This document shows positions 18,557-31,999 of a stretch of 51,101 bases of DNA, one piece after another. Position 1 is the stretch's first letter. Each line of letters begins with the position of its first letter. Location: positions 1 through 51,101 of the forward strand of contig DATMCL010000642.1 of the NCBI GenBank assembly GCA_035558375.1, given 5' to 3'. This stretch comes from Polyangiaceae bacterium (lineage in GTDB: Bacteria; Myxococcota_A; Polyangia; Polyangiales; Polyangiaceae). The notes under the pieces were generated by a model that saw nothing but the letters and a program-made list of their open reading frames with translations, was not told the origin of the DNA and did no database searches. The translations under genes were made by a program, and so were the position numbers.

Positions 18557-18560
18557 AGTG

Positions 18561-18577
18561 ACGGCACACGTCTTGCT
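18561..18577 (+). promoter_or_regulatory. Sigma54 -24/-12 promoter
   Basis: ACGGCACACGTCTTGCT: GG(18563-4)-N10-GC(18575-6) with GGCAC and TTGCT boxes. Confidence 0.7.
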
Positions 18578-18587
18578 TTTAGGGCGC

Positions 18588-18665
18588 CTGTCACTTGGTT
18601 GGGAGAGGGTGTTCAGCTCGGCTGACGTAATCCAGCGGAGAGTGGGAGGGGGGGCTTTAACCCAC
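18588..18665 (+). ncRNA. Candidate sigma54-dependent small RNA or antisense RNA (3' end unknown)
   Basis: Predicted +1 near 18588 with no credible sense CDS downstream. Short TCAGC/GCTGA hairpin and G-rich GGAG motifs. Confidence 0.35.
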
Positions 18666-19736
18666 GCGGCGGTACACGAGCCAGCGGAGCTCGACCGGAG
18701 CCCTGCCGAGCGGGAGATCGTAGACGTCGAGTCCCTTCGCCCAATTGACGAACCAGCCCGTCGGCGGCCAATCCTCTGCGGGCTGGTGCTCGTGCTCGAA
18801 GTCGTGCGTGGACTCGTCCGAGACGGGCTCGAACGGTAAACCGCGCATCGCGTTCTCGATGTCGATCTTCGTGAACACGTTGCTCCAAAACACCTGCGAC
18901 AGCTCGCGCGCCATCGCATCGGGACGATAGCCCTCCTTCGCGAGGAAGGCGTTGAACACGAAGAGCCCTCCCACCGTGAGCGCCTCGGCCGCCGCCTCGC
19001 ACAGCGCGCGCACGTGGTCGACGGTGCGAATGTGCGAGGCGATCACCTCGGCGAGACAGACCAGTCGGTAGTGCTGCTTCGCGGTTTCGAGGGTTCCCGA
19101 CAGCGCGTCGCCCTCGATGACGCGCACCGGAAGCTTCTCCTTCTCGACTTCGGCGCGCAGGATCGACGCGAGAGCGGGCGCGAGCTCGACGGCATCCGTG
19201 GGAAAGCCTTCGCGCGCGAGCGGCAACGTGTTGCGCCCCGTGCCAGCGCCGATGTCGAGCACCGGCACGTCCTTCGGCGCGCCGAGCGAGCGCGCGCAGT
19301 CGAGGATCTTCGCGTCCGCGTGGACCCCGAAGTACGGGGGCTCGCGCGATTTGACCCAACCCTCGTACTCGCTTGCGACGGTCGAAACGTTGACCAGCAT
19401 GCGCCAGCTGAGCGACGTAGCCGGCGGCTCGTCCGTCTCGTAGCTCACGATCACGCGCGAGTAGGGCGACTTACGGAACGCTTCCTCGAGCTTTTCCCCG
19501 AGCACCTTGCGAAGGTGCGCCGTTTCCTCCTCGTTGAAGACGCGGCCGAGCGCGCCGAAGGCCTCCGTGAGGAGCTCGTAATAGTGCTCGAGCAGCGAAG
19601 GCGCAGCCGGGAGCGCCATCTGCCCCCTGGCGCCCAATCGCCGCGGCAGGCGCCGAATCATCGACTGGCGAACCACAGCTTGGTTCGTCTCGCGGTTCTG
19701 GCGCTTGTCCTTTTTCTTTTCCTTGGCCTTCGCCAT
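18657..19736 (-). CDS. Class I SAM-dependent methyltransferase with N-terminal extension
   Basis: VLDIGAGTGRN, DAVEL, IEGDAL. ATG at 19736 follows GGAGG. Confidence 0.85.
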   Translation of the reverse strand: MAKAKEKKKDKRQNRETNQAVVRQSMIRRLPRRLGARGQMALPAAPSLLEHYYELLTEAFGALGRVFNEEETAHLRKVLGEKLEEAFRKSPYSRVIVSYETDEPPATSLSWRMLVNVSTVASEYEGWVKSREPPYFGVHADAKILDCARSLGAPKDVPVLDIGAGTGRNTLPLAREGFPTDAVELAPALASILRAEVEKEKLPVRVIEGDALSGTLETAKQHYRLVCLAEVIASHIRTVDHVRALCEAAAEALTVGGLFVFNAFLAKEGYRPDAMARELSQVFWSNVFTKIDIENAMRGLPFEPVSDESTHDFEHEHQPAEDWPPTGWFVNWAKGLDVYDLPLGRAPVELRWLVYRRVG

Positions 19737-19738
19737 CG

Positions 19739-20299
19739 TCAACCCTCCACGCAGACGATCTGTCCGTTCGCGTCCTTTTGACAGACAAGTCCATCGCAGC
19801 ACGCGACGAGGCCATTTTCTTTCAGATACTCGGGGTCGCAGCTCTCGAAGATCTGCGCGCAAACAGTCGAGCTATCGAGCGTGACCGGCGGGCAATGCGC
19901 CACGACCTCCGTGGTGTCGTGCTCCGTGGCCGCCCGGGTGCAGCGCGCTGCCTGGGACAGGCCCGCGCCCTCCTCCCCTTCCCCGCCGGTTCCCGACGCG
20001 CCCGCGCCACCCGAGTCCGGTTCGTCCGGCGGCGTTTCGATGCAGCGGCATTCGTAGCCGCCCTTGCCGTCGTCGATGACGAAGCAACAATCGAGCTCCG
20101 CCGCGCAGCTCGTCGCGGGCGTCCGCGGATCGGTCTTGCCTTCGGCGAGGGTGCCGCCGAAGCACTCGCAGCTGTCCTGGTCCTCGAAGCAGGTCCAGGG
20201 CACGTCGTCGTAGGGCGATGTCTGGCTGCTGCAGCTCGCTCCGAAAGCGAAGCCAGCGATGCAGCAGCCGAATGCGAGAAGGAAGCCCGGGCGCCTCAC
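19739..20299 (-). CDS. Small Cys-rich lipoprotein
   Basis: Lipobox GASC and many Cys; lies between xylA and the methyltransferase in the same orientation. Confidence 0.7.
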   Translation of the reverse strand: MRRPGFLLAFGCCIAGFAFGASCSSQTSPYDDVPWTCFEDQDSCECFGGTLAEGKTDPRTPATSCAAELDCCFVIDDGKGGYECRCIETPPDEPDSGGAGASGTGGEGEEGAGLSQAARCTRAATEHDTTEVVAHCPPVTLDSSTVCAQIFESCDPEYLKENGLVACCDGLVCQKDANGQIVCVEG

Positions 20300-20312
20300 C
20301 GCCGCTCGCGGC

Positions 20313-21635
<1,323 letters not shown>

Positions 21636-21653
21636 GGTAGCTAGGTCGGGATC

Positions 21654-22661
21654 TTGCAGAACTTCACGACCAAGTCGAGAAAAAACCCGGATCTTCCTCG
21701 CAAAAGTGGCGACGGGGAAGGAGATGAGGGACGCGTCACGCAGCCTGCGGGCGTGGAGGGGGTGGCGCTCCTCACGCTCGGCTACACCGTCCTCGTCGTT
21801 TTGTTCGGCGCGTGGGTCCGCATCAGCGGCTCGGGCGCCGGTTGTGGCCAGCATTGGCCGACCTGCAACGGCGAGCTCGTGCACCTGCCGACGCGAATCA
21901 AGACGGTGGTCGAGCTCACGCACCGCGTCACGGCGGGCGCGACGCTCGTGCCGGCCATCTACCTCGCGGTGCTCGCGTGGAAATCCACACCACCAGGTCA
22001 CCGGCTGCGAACCGCGACGCTACTCGGCGTCGCACTCACTATCGCCGAGGATCTGATTGGCGCGGCGCTCGTGCTGTTCGGCCTCGTTGACAAGAACATC
22101 TCGGCCACGCGCGCCGTCGTGATGCCGCTCCATCTCGTGTTCACCTACGGTCTCGTGGCGACGCTGGCGCTCGCCGCACTCTGGGCGCACGAGCGGGAGA
22201 GCGCTCCCGCGGCGTCTCGGGGCGAGACACCATCGCTCACGTTGCCCCTTCTCGCCGCCCTCGGGGCGCTGGTCGTGGCCGCCACCGGCGCCGTCACGGC
22301 CCTCGGGGACACGGTGTACCCGCCCCTCGCCCACACGCTCATGGCGCGCGTGGCCGAAGACCACGGCGAGAGCGCGCACTTTCTCCAGCGATTCCGCGGG
22401 GTCCACCCGGTGCTTGCGCTGCTCACCGCCGTGGGGGTCGCCTGGGTCGCGGGGAGCCTCTGGGACGCCCGCGATCGGGTTCTGCGCCTGGCGAGTCGAG
22501 CGGTGCTCGGGCTCGTGCTCGTGCAGCTCGTCGCCGGGGTCTCGAACGTTCTGCTCTCGGCGCCCGGCTGGCTGCAGATCGTGCACCTCGGGCTGTCGCT
22601 CGGGCTCTGGATCTCCCTCGTAACGCTGATTGGCGCTACACGGCGCTACCGGCCCGCTTAG
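21654..22661 (+). CDS. ctaA: COX15/CtaA family heme A synthase-like protein
   Basis: [15 protein letters not shown] loop, ELTHR, three further TM His and about 8 TM. True start probably further downstream. Confidence 0.8.
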   Translation: MQNFTTKSRKNPDLPRKSGDGEGDEGRVTQPAGVEGVALLTLGYTVLVVLFGAWVRISGSGAGCGQHWPTCNGELVHLPTRIKTVVELTHRVTAGATLVPAIYLAVLAWKSTPPGHRLRTATLLGVALTIAEDLIGAALVLFGLVDKNISATRAVVMPLHLVFTYGLVATLALAALWAHERESAPAASRGETPSLTLPLLAALGALVVAATGAVTALGDTVYPPLAHTLMARVAEDHGESAHFLQRFRGVHPVLALLTAVGVAWVAGSLWDARDRVLRLASRAVLGLVLVQLVAGVSNVLLSAPGWLQIVHLGLSLGLWISLVTLIGATRRYRPA

Positions 22662-22662
22662 C

Positions 22663-23190
22663 TCAAGGTCGGGCTTCGGGCTGCTCGCCGCTTTTCGGGG
22701 CGACGTCGATCGAGCTCACGCGCCAGTCGCCGCTCGCGCGGTGGAGCTCGAAGCGCACGCTGCGACGGTCGCCGTGGAGCTCGTTCCCGCGCGCGCTCGT
22801 GAGCGTTACCTCGGAGACGGCGTGCGCCACGGCGCCATCGACGTGAACGTCCGTCGCGCCGACGCTGAGGTGGATCGCGCCGAACATCTGCCCGGCGCCG
22901 GCCGCGAGCGTGGAGAGCTCCCGAATGCCGTTCTGCGACGGAAGCTCCGGAGCGCGGAACGTCGCGTCCGGCTCGAGCCCTTCCTTGAATGCCTTGTTGA
23001 TGCGCGCCGTGCGGAACACGATGCTTTCGTCCTCGTGCGTTTCGACGGCGCTCGCGAGCGATTTGATGCGCAAAACGACCTTGTCGTCGTCGGAGCCGCC
23101 GAACACGACGTACCCGAGCAGTCCGAGTGACCCGACGACGAGAAGCCAGCCGATGCGCGTTCGCGTGAAGAGCTCGGAGAGGTCGGGCAT
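22663..23190 (-). CDS. Membrane-anchored NTF2/SnoaL-like protein
   Basis: N-terminal TM, then VHVDGAVAHAV..VRFELHRASGDWRVSSIDV, typical of NTF2-like C-terminal strands. Confidence 0.6.
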   Translation of the reverse strand: MPDLSELFTRTRIGWLLVVGSLGLLGYVVFGGSDDDKVVLRIKSLASAVETHEDESIVFRTARINKAFKEGLEPDATFRAPELPSQNGIRELSTLAAGAGQMFGAIHLSVGATDVHVDGAVAHAVSEVTLTSARGNELHGDRRSVRFELHRASGDWRVSSIDVAPKSGEQPEARP

Positions 23191-23204
23191 GACGGACCTC
23201 GCCC

Positions 23205-25871
<2,667 letters not shown>

Positions 25872-25939
25872 GGCAGACGATCAAGCGCTCCGACGACCGC
25901 AGCGTCAAGCTCGGAAAACGGATACTCTCGTGAGGCTCG

Positions 25940-27688
25940 ATGCGCAAAAACGGCCGTTTTGTCTTGCCGTTCCTGTTCGCGGCGTGCACGCACGCGAGCG
26001 GCGAGAGCGGCACGAGGCCCGGCGCCGAGCGCGACGGCGGCTCGGCCGGCGCGAGCGGCGAGAAGCCCAGCGACGGCAGCGGCGGCGAGGACGCGAGTCC
26101 CGGCGGCTCGAGCGCACGCCCGGGGAGCGGCGGCACGACCGGTGCCGTCGTGCCACGCGAGAGTAGCGAGCCCTACGCCGAGCCCGAAGCGCTCCCTGCC
26201 GAGCTCCCCGCGCGCACCTTCCTCCTCAGCCACGCCGAGTACGCCGCGAGTGCCGAGGCCGTGCTCGGGAAAGCGGTCGCTACGTCCGACTTCGAGCCCG
26301 AGCTCGACAACGGCATCTACCGGCACATGTCGAGCTCGGGCCTCGTGCGCACCGAGCTCCTCGCCGAGTACTACGACGCGGCGAAAACGGTGACGGACGC
26401 GCTCGACGAGGACGAGCTCGTCGCGCTCGTGCCCGATCGCGAGCTCACGCTCGACGCCAAGCCGCGCTTCGTCGAAGCGAGCGTCGCGCGCGCGTTTCGG
26501 CGCCCCGCGACCAGCGCCGAGCTCGACGCCTACGGAGCCTTGTTCGACATAGCCGCAAGCGACGGCGACATAGCGCTCGCCTTTCGCAGCGTGCTCAGAG
26601 CCCTGCTCACCGCACCCGGCTTTCTCTATCGAACCGAGCTTGGCCCAAGCGACGCGGGCGACGACTTCTCGCTCACGGGCTACGAGGTGGCGTCACTCTT
26701 GTCCTACGGGCTCGAGGGGCGTCCGCCGGGCAGAACCCTGCTCGAAGCGGCCGAAAACGGCGAGCTCACCGATCCCGACCGCCTCGCCGAGCACGTTCAG
26801 GCGCTCGCCGAGGGCAAGCTCGGGCGCGCGTCGCTCACCGCGTTCGCCAGCGAATGGCTCGAGCTCGACGCGTTCGAGGTGGAGGGCTCGCCGGGAGCGC
26901 CCTTGCAGCCCGAGAAGGATGCGGCGAGCTTCCCCGGGTTCGATGCCGTGCGGGGTGACATGCAGGGCGAGGCGCTCGATTTCTTGGCGCAGCACGCCGC
27001 GTTCGGCGCGACGCTCGACGAGCTGTTGACGGCGGAGGTGCCCGAACCCGCCGGCGCCCTCGGCGCGTTCTACCGGAGCGACCCGAGCGCGACGAGCGGC
27101 GGCGAGCGACACGGCGTGCTTGCGCTTTTGGCGGTGCTGTCGCTCGGCGCCCACGAAACCCGGGGCTCACCGACCGCACGCGGCTTGTTCGTGCGCGAGC
27201 GACTGCTGTGCCAGGCAGTCCATCCCCCGAGCCGTCCCCCGCCCGCGCTCGGCAGTACTCCGGCGGAAGCCGACGCGAAGACCACGCGCCAGCTTTACGG
27301 GCGCCACGCTGGCCTCGCGGCGTGCGCCGGCTGCCACGCGCTGCTCGACGACATCGGCTTCACTCTCGAGAGCTTCGACGGCGCGGGCCGCTTTCGTACC
27401 GTCGAAAACGGCGTCCCCATCGACACGAGCGGCGACCTCTCGGGAACCGATCGCGATCGGAGCCTCGCCGATCACGCAGACCTCGCACGGGCTCTCGCCG
27501 AGAGCGAGTGGGTGCGCGAATGCGTCGCGACCCAAGCCTTCCGTTACTACTTCGGCGAGCTCGAGGCCGGGCGCGGGGTAGCGCCGATACAAGCGGCGCG
27601 CCGGGCGCTCGACGGCGGCTCGTTCGGCGACGCGCTCGTGGCCCTCTGGTCTACGGCGAGCACCTACCGGAGGAGGCGCGAGCCATGA
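25940..27688 (+). CDS. DUF1592/DUF1588/DUF1595-type lipoprotein with CxxCH motif
   Basis: Lipobox FAAC, RAFRRP, FLYRTE, SPTARGLFVRERLLC, CAGCH..GFTLESFDGAGRFR. Confidence 0.85.
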   Translation: MRKNGRFVLPFLFAACTHASGESGTRPGAERDGGSAGASGEKPSDGSGGEDASPGGSSARPGSGGTTGAVVPRESSEPYAEPEALPAELPARTFLLSHAEYAASAEAVLGKAVATSDFEPELDNGIYRHMSSSGLVRTELLAEYYDAAKTVTDALDEDELVALVPDRELTLDAKPRFVEASVARAFRRPATSAELDAYGALFDIAASDGDIALAFRSVLRALLTAPGFLYRTELGPSDAGDDFSLTGYEVASLLSYGLEGRPPGRTLLEAAENGELTDPDRLAEHVQALAEGKLGRASLTAFASEWLELDAFEVEGSPGAPLQPEKDAASFPGFDAVRGDMQGEALDFLAQHAAFGATLDELLTAEVPEPAGALGAFYRSDPSATSGGERHGVLALLAVLSLGAHETRGSPTARGLFVRERLLCQAVHPPSRPPPALGSTPAEADAKTTRQLYGRHAGLAACAGCHALLDDIGFTLESFDGAGRFRTVENGVPIDTSGDLSGTDRDRSLADHADLARALAESEWVRECVATQAFRYYFGELEAGRGVAPIQAARRALDGGSFGDALVALWSTASTYRRRREP

Positions 27689-29091
27689 GACCGCTCGTGC
27701 TCCCCCGTCACGGACGCTGCGCGCGGCGCACGCTCCTCAAGACAGCGCTCGGCGGCGTCTTTCTCGCGCCATTCTTGCGCCAGCGCGCGCTCGAAGCCAA
27801 GGCCGCGGCGCCGAAACGGCTCGTGCTCGTGTTCACGCCCGACGCACACCCGCGCGAGTGGTGGCCCGCGACGGACGCCGGTGGAGCGCTCGAGCTCGGC
27901 GCGCCGCTCGGAGACTTCGCGGGGCTCGAGTCCGAGCTCCTGTTCGTGCGACAGCTCGACCATTCCTGGACGTTCGACAACCACCACGAAGCGGGCGTGG
28001 CGCAGGTCTTCACGGGCGCGCGGTTCTTCGACGACGCCACGCACTACGCGAATGGGCCCTCGCTCGAGCAGGTGCTGCTGCAAAACACAGACTTGCGCGG
28101 CGGCACGCCGATCTCGGACGTGCACCTCGCCGTCGCGGATCCCGGCGACGCGACCCAGCGCCACGTCATCTGCTACTCCGGCCCCGGCCAACCCATCCCC
28201 CACGAGGCTTCCCCCGCTCGCGCGTTCGCGAAGCTCTTCAGCGGCTTGAGCTTCGGGGACACGAGCCCGCCGAAGCCCGCAGAATCCGCCCTCGAGCAGC
28301 GGATCCGGAGCACGCTGTTCGAGCTCGACCGGAGCGCCCTGAGAGAGCTTCAAACCCATTTGGGAACTGACGAGCGGGAGCGCCTCGACGTGCACCTCGA
28401 CGCGCTCGAAGAGCTCGAGCGGCGCGCGCGCACCGCCGACGCGCCAAGCACGACGCCAGCCGTCGGCTGCGAGCGGGTATCTACGGGCGGCATCACGCAG
28501 AACGACCGCGATGCGGACAACGTCACGAAGTGGGGCGAGGTGCAGGTCGACCTGCTCGTGAACGCGTTCCTCTGCGATCGCACGCGGGTCGGGGATCTCG
28601 CGTTCGGGTCGTCCGGCAGTCAGCACGGCGGATTGCTCGGGTTGGTCGCCGGAGAAGCCAACAGCTGGCACGAGCTCGCACACCTGTCGCAGAACGACAC
28701 GACGCGGAAGAGCGAAGTCACTCTCGGGGGTGATACGGTGTCGGCGGCGGCCGCGTACGGCGCGTTCGATCGCTTCTGGGCCTCGCGTATCGCGTACCTC
28801 GCGAAGCGACTGCGAGCGATCCCCGAGGGCGACGGCACCATGCTCGACAACACGCTCATCTATTGGGGCGCGGAGTGCGGGACCGATCACAACCACGCTC
28901 CAGCCGACATGCAGTACCTGCTGATCGGCGGCAGAAACCTCGGATTTCAGAGCGGGCAGCTCCTCAGGCTGCCGAGCCCGGAGAGCGCGCACAAGCTTCA
29001 TACCTCGGTGTTGCACGCGTTCGGGCACGTCGACGCGATGGGTTTCGGGATCGAGCCGACATGCGGGCCGCTTGCGGGCGTGCTCGGCTGA
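27685..29091 (+). CDS. DUF1552 family protein
   Basis: ATGA overlap with the upstream gene, Tat-like ARRTLLK, PKRLVLVF, WHELAH, EGDGTMLDNTLI, DHNH. Confidence 0.85.
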   Translation: MRPLVLPRHGRCARRTLLKTALGGVFLAPFLRQRALEAKAAAPKRLVLVFTPDAHPREWWPATDAGGALELGAPLGDFAGLESELLFVRQLDHSWTFDNHHEAGVAQVFTGARFFDDATHYANGPSLEQVLLQNTDLRGGTPISDVHLAVADPGDATQRHVICYSGPGQPIPHEASPARAFAKLFSGLSFGDTSPPKPAESALEQRIRSTLFELDRSALRELQTHLGTDERERLDVHLDALEELERRARTADAPSTTPAVGCERVSTGGITQNDRDADNVTKWGEVQVDLLVNAFLCDRTRVGDLAFGSSGSQHGGLLGLVAGEANSWHELAHLSQNDTTRKSEVTLGGDTVSAAAAYGAFDRFWASRIAYLAKRLRAIPEGDGTMLDNTLIYWGAECGTDHNHAPADMQYLLIGGRNLGFQSGQLLRLPSPESAHKLHTSVLHAFGHVDAMGFGIEPTCGPLAGVLG

Positions 29092-29192
29092 GTCGCGAGC
29101 TCGAGCCGCTCGCTAGGAAAAATTGACCATCGATCGGCGGCGGGCTTTCGGGAGAGGCTCGCCGAGATCTAGCCACGGAGAGATTCGACCCG

Positions 29193-31070
29193 ATGATGAG
29201 ACTGATCAGGACCGCGCTGCTTGGTACGACGAGCTTGGTGGTGGGCGCAGCAGCAGTCGGCTGCGCGACCCGCGAGGAGGACGCTTCGGCGCCCGCCGAC
29301 GGCGTCTTCAGCATCGGGCTCACTGCCGGGACGCCGGCAAGCTTGCCGAAGTGCACTTCCTCCCTCTCTGGGACCACGGCCTTCGTCCAGAACCCAGCAG
29401 GCTTGTGGTCGTGCCTCGCCAGCACGTGGGTGCAGATCCCCTGCACCACCGCGCTAGCGAGTGCGGTCGCCTACTCGAGCTCGACGAAAACGCTGGTCGG
29501 ATGCGTGTCCGGACAATGGACGCTCATTCCTCTGGCAAACGGCCCCACCGGACCCCAGGGTGCGACGGGTGCGACGGGCGCGATGGGTGCAACCGGCACG
29601 ACCGGGCCGGCGGGACCCGCCGGGGCGAGTGGGCCGACGGGCGCCACCGGGCCACAAGGCTCGGCCGGTCCGCCCGGAGCGACGGGGCCAACCGGGCTCG
29701 AGTCGCTGGTCCACGCGAGCGCGGAGCCAGCGGGCTCGAACTGTCCCGCGGGCGGGACTCGCATCGACATTGGGGTCGACACCAACGACGACGGCACCTT
29801 GGCGCCGAGCGAGATCGAGCAAACCGTCTACGCTTGCAACGGCCAAAGCGTAGCGTCCGGCGCGATGTGCACACCGGGCTCCACGACGACTTGTTACGAG
29901 GGGCCGGCGGGCACCGCGGGCGTCGGCGTTTGCTTGTCGGGGGCGCAGGCGTGCACCCCGTCCGGCACGGGCTACGCGGCGTGCACCGGGCAGGTTCTGC
30001 CGGGCGCAGAAGCGTGCGGCGACGGCATCGACAACGACTGCAACGGCATCGATGAAGCATGTGCCGGCGTCGACGACTACGAGTGCAAGGACGAGCGGCT
30101 CGTGGTCATCAGTCAGATCTTCGGCGGCGGCGGCACGCCGTACGACAACGACTTCGTCGAGTTGCATAACCTCGGATCCAAGCCCTTCAATCTCCACAAC
30201 ATGTCGGTCCAGACCCTGAGCCTGGGCGGCACGATCTGGGCGGTGGCAAGCTTGCCGAACCTGTCGATCCCCGCGTACGGCTACCTCCTCATCGCCGGAA
30301 CGGGCGGCAACACCGGCGTTGGTGTTCCCGTTCCCAATCCCGATTGGACCGGGCCGATGAGCATAACGGCATCGGGTGGCAAGGTTGCGTTGGTTAGCCA
30401 TTCGGCGGCGCTGAACAACTTTTCCATCTGTGCGACGGCCACCGGCATCATCGATCTCGTCGCCTTCGGCGCCGCTACTGCGGACTGCGGGGCGTCCCAA
30501 GCGCCTGCTCCGTCGAGCTCGACGGCCGTGCTCCGTGCCGACGACGGCTGCCGGGACCACGGGAACCACCAGACCGACTTCGTGGTCGCCGCTCCCGTTC
30601 CGCGCAATTCCTCGACGCCCGCGCACGCCTGCGTCTGTGCCAACAGCATCGGCACGGTCATGAACGAAACGGACCAGGCCGAAGAAGCCGACTTCTGCAA
30701 CGTACAGTTTCCAACGTCGCTTTCGCTCTCCCTCGGGCAAGGCTCCGGTGCCATCTACGGACGCTTCTACGAGGCAGGAGTCACCGAGCAAGACGGCCCG
30801 CCACCGGGCGTCGTTGCCGAGGTCGGCTACGGAACTGGAGATCCGCGCGTGGATTACTTCACGTGGTCTCCGGCGAGCTACAACACCCAAATCGGGAACG
30901 ACGACGAGTTCCAGGGTTCGTTCGTCCCACCGGACGTCGGAACGTACCGCTATGCGTTCCGCTTTTCGTTCGACCGCGCCCGCTGGACGTATTGCGACGT
31001 CGACGGCGCAGGCTCGAACGGCGGCCTCTCGTTCAGCAGCACGCAGCTGCCCGTGCTCTCGGTCGAGTAG
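29193..31070 (+). CDS. Modular surface lipoprotein (collagen-like, Cys modules, lamin-tail domain, C-terminal amylopullulanase-like beta domain)
   Basis: Lipobox AVGC, Gly-X-Y run, [17 protein letters not shown] module, [13 protein letters not shown] motif, LTD ([18 protein letters not shown]). Confidence 0.85.
   Translation: MMRLIRTALLGTTSLVVGAAAVGCATREEDASAPADGVFSIGLTAGTPASLPKCTSSLSGTTAFVQNPAGLWSCLASTWVQIPCTTALASAVAYSSSTKTLVGCVSGQWTLIPLANGPTGPQGATGATGAMGATGTTGPAGPAGASGPTGATGPQGSAGPPGATGPTGLESLVHASAEPAGSNCPAGGTRIDIGVDTNDDGTLAPSEIEQTVYACNGQSVASGAMCTPGSTTTCYEGPAGTAGVGVCLSGAQACTPSGTGYAACTGQVLPGAEACGDGIDNDCNGIDEACAGVDDYECKDERLVVISQIFGGGGTPYDNDFVELHNLGSKPFNLHNMSVQTLSLGGTIWAVASLPNLSIPAYGYLLIAGTGGNTGVGVPVPNPDWTGPMSITASGGKVALVSHSAALNNFSICATATGIIDLVAFGAATADCGASQAPAPSSSTAVLRADDGCRDHGNHQTDFVVAAPVPRNSSTPAHACVCANSIGTVMNETDQAEEADFCNVQFPTSLSLSLGQGSGAIYGRFYEAGVTEQDGPPPGVVAEVGYGTGDPRVDYFTWSPASYNTQIGNDDEFQGSFVPPDVGTYRYAFRFSFDRARWTYCDVDGAGSNGGLSFSSTQLPVLSVE
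29541..29702 (+). repeat. Collagen-like (Gly-X-Y)18 coding repeat
   Basis: 18 uninterrupted triplets from GPT GPQ GAT to GPT GLE. Confidence 0.9.
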
Positions 31071-31095
31071 CGGCGCGGGCGGATCCGAAGGCCGA

Positions 31096-31908
31096 CTACG
31101 GGCACACCGCGCCGACGATCGGCGCCGTCTTCCGGTACGTCGCGAGCGCGTTGGCGCACACGACCTCGGGCGCGGACTTCATTTGCTCGCACTGAGCAAC
31201 CTGCGCGCCGGCACCCGACTTCTCGAGCATCGACTTGCAGCATGCCGCTGCAGCAGCGCAGCTGGCGCCGGGAGCGAGGTTCACGGCCGTCGGCGGAAGC
31301 GCGGCCGCACCCGCGGCACCCGACGCGACGCCTCCGGGAGTTGCCGCGTGCGTGCCCGGGGTCGCTGCGCCGGGCTCGGCGGTCGGGGCAGGCGCGGTGA
31401 CCTCGCCGACACCCGGGAGCTTCACGACGACGCCAGCGTCGCTGACGCTCACCGTCGCGCCGAGTCCGCCCGATGCCACGGCGTTTGCCACCGCTTGGGC
31501 CGGCTTGAAAATCGAGAAGTAGAACCAGGCAGCGCCCGCACCACCGATGAGCAAGAGCGCCCCGCAGCCGAGGCCAACCCAGACGAGCGGGTTCGACGTC
31601 GTTCCACCACCCGGGATCGTCGGCGGCACCGCACCGGCGGGAGGACCGTAGCCCGGCTGCTGCTGCCACGCAGGGGGCGCTCCGGGAGGTTGCCCGTAGC
31701 CGCCACCTGGAGGCTGTCCGTAGCCACCCGGAGGCTGTCCGTAGCCGCCCGGCGGAGCTCCGGGAGGTTGACCACCCCAGCCGCCCTGTCCGCCGCCGGG
31801 GGGCGCGCCGCCGGGTGGGACCCCGCCGCCCGGGGGAGCTCCGCCGCCGGGTGGCGCACCACCGCCGTATCCGCCGCCTCCGTAGCCGCCAGGACCCTGG
31901 TCTGACAT
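31096..31908 (-). CDS. Single-pass membrane protein with G/P/Y/Q-rich N-terminus and Cys-containing C-terminal domain
   Basis: GYGQPPG repeats, TM (LVWVGLGCGALLLIGGAGAAWFYF), C-terminal CAAAAACC..C..C..C. Confidence 0.75.
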   Translation of the reverse strand: MSDQGPGGYGGGGYGGGAPPGGGAPPGGGVPPGGAPPGGGQGGWGGQPPGAPPGGYGQPPGGYGQPPGGGYGQPPGAPPAWQQQPGYGPPAGAVPPTIPGGGTTSNPLVWVGLGCGALLLIGGAGAAWFYFSIFKPAQAVANAVASGGLGATVSVSDAGVVVKLPGVGEVTAPAPTAEPGAATPGTHAATPGGVASGAAGAAALPPTAVNLAPGASCAAAAACCKSMLEKSGAGAQVAQCEQMKSAPEVVCANALATYRKTAPIVGAVCP

Positions 31909-31999
31909 CGCGTGGTTCGTATCACTCCCGCCGGCCGGATTGAAGAGGCGCGCGCCGGCGAGCCCACCCTCCCACGCATCGTGTGGCATCGTCCGAGGC

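Noticed and set aside
18558-18839. 93-aa + strand ORF as the target of the sigma54 promoter
   Set aside because: Its start lies upstream of the predicted +1, the internal GTG (18609) has poor SD spacing, and most of it is antisense to the methyltransferase.
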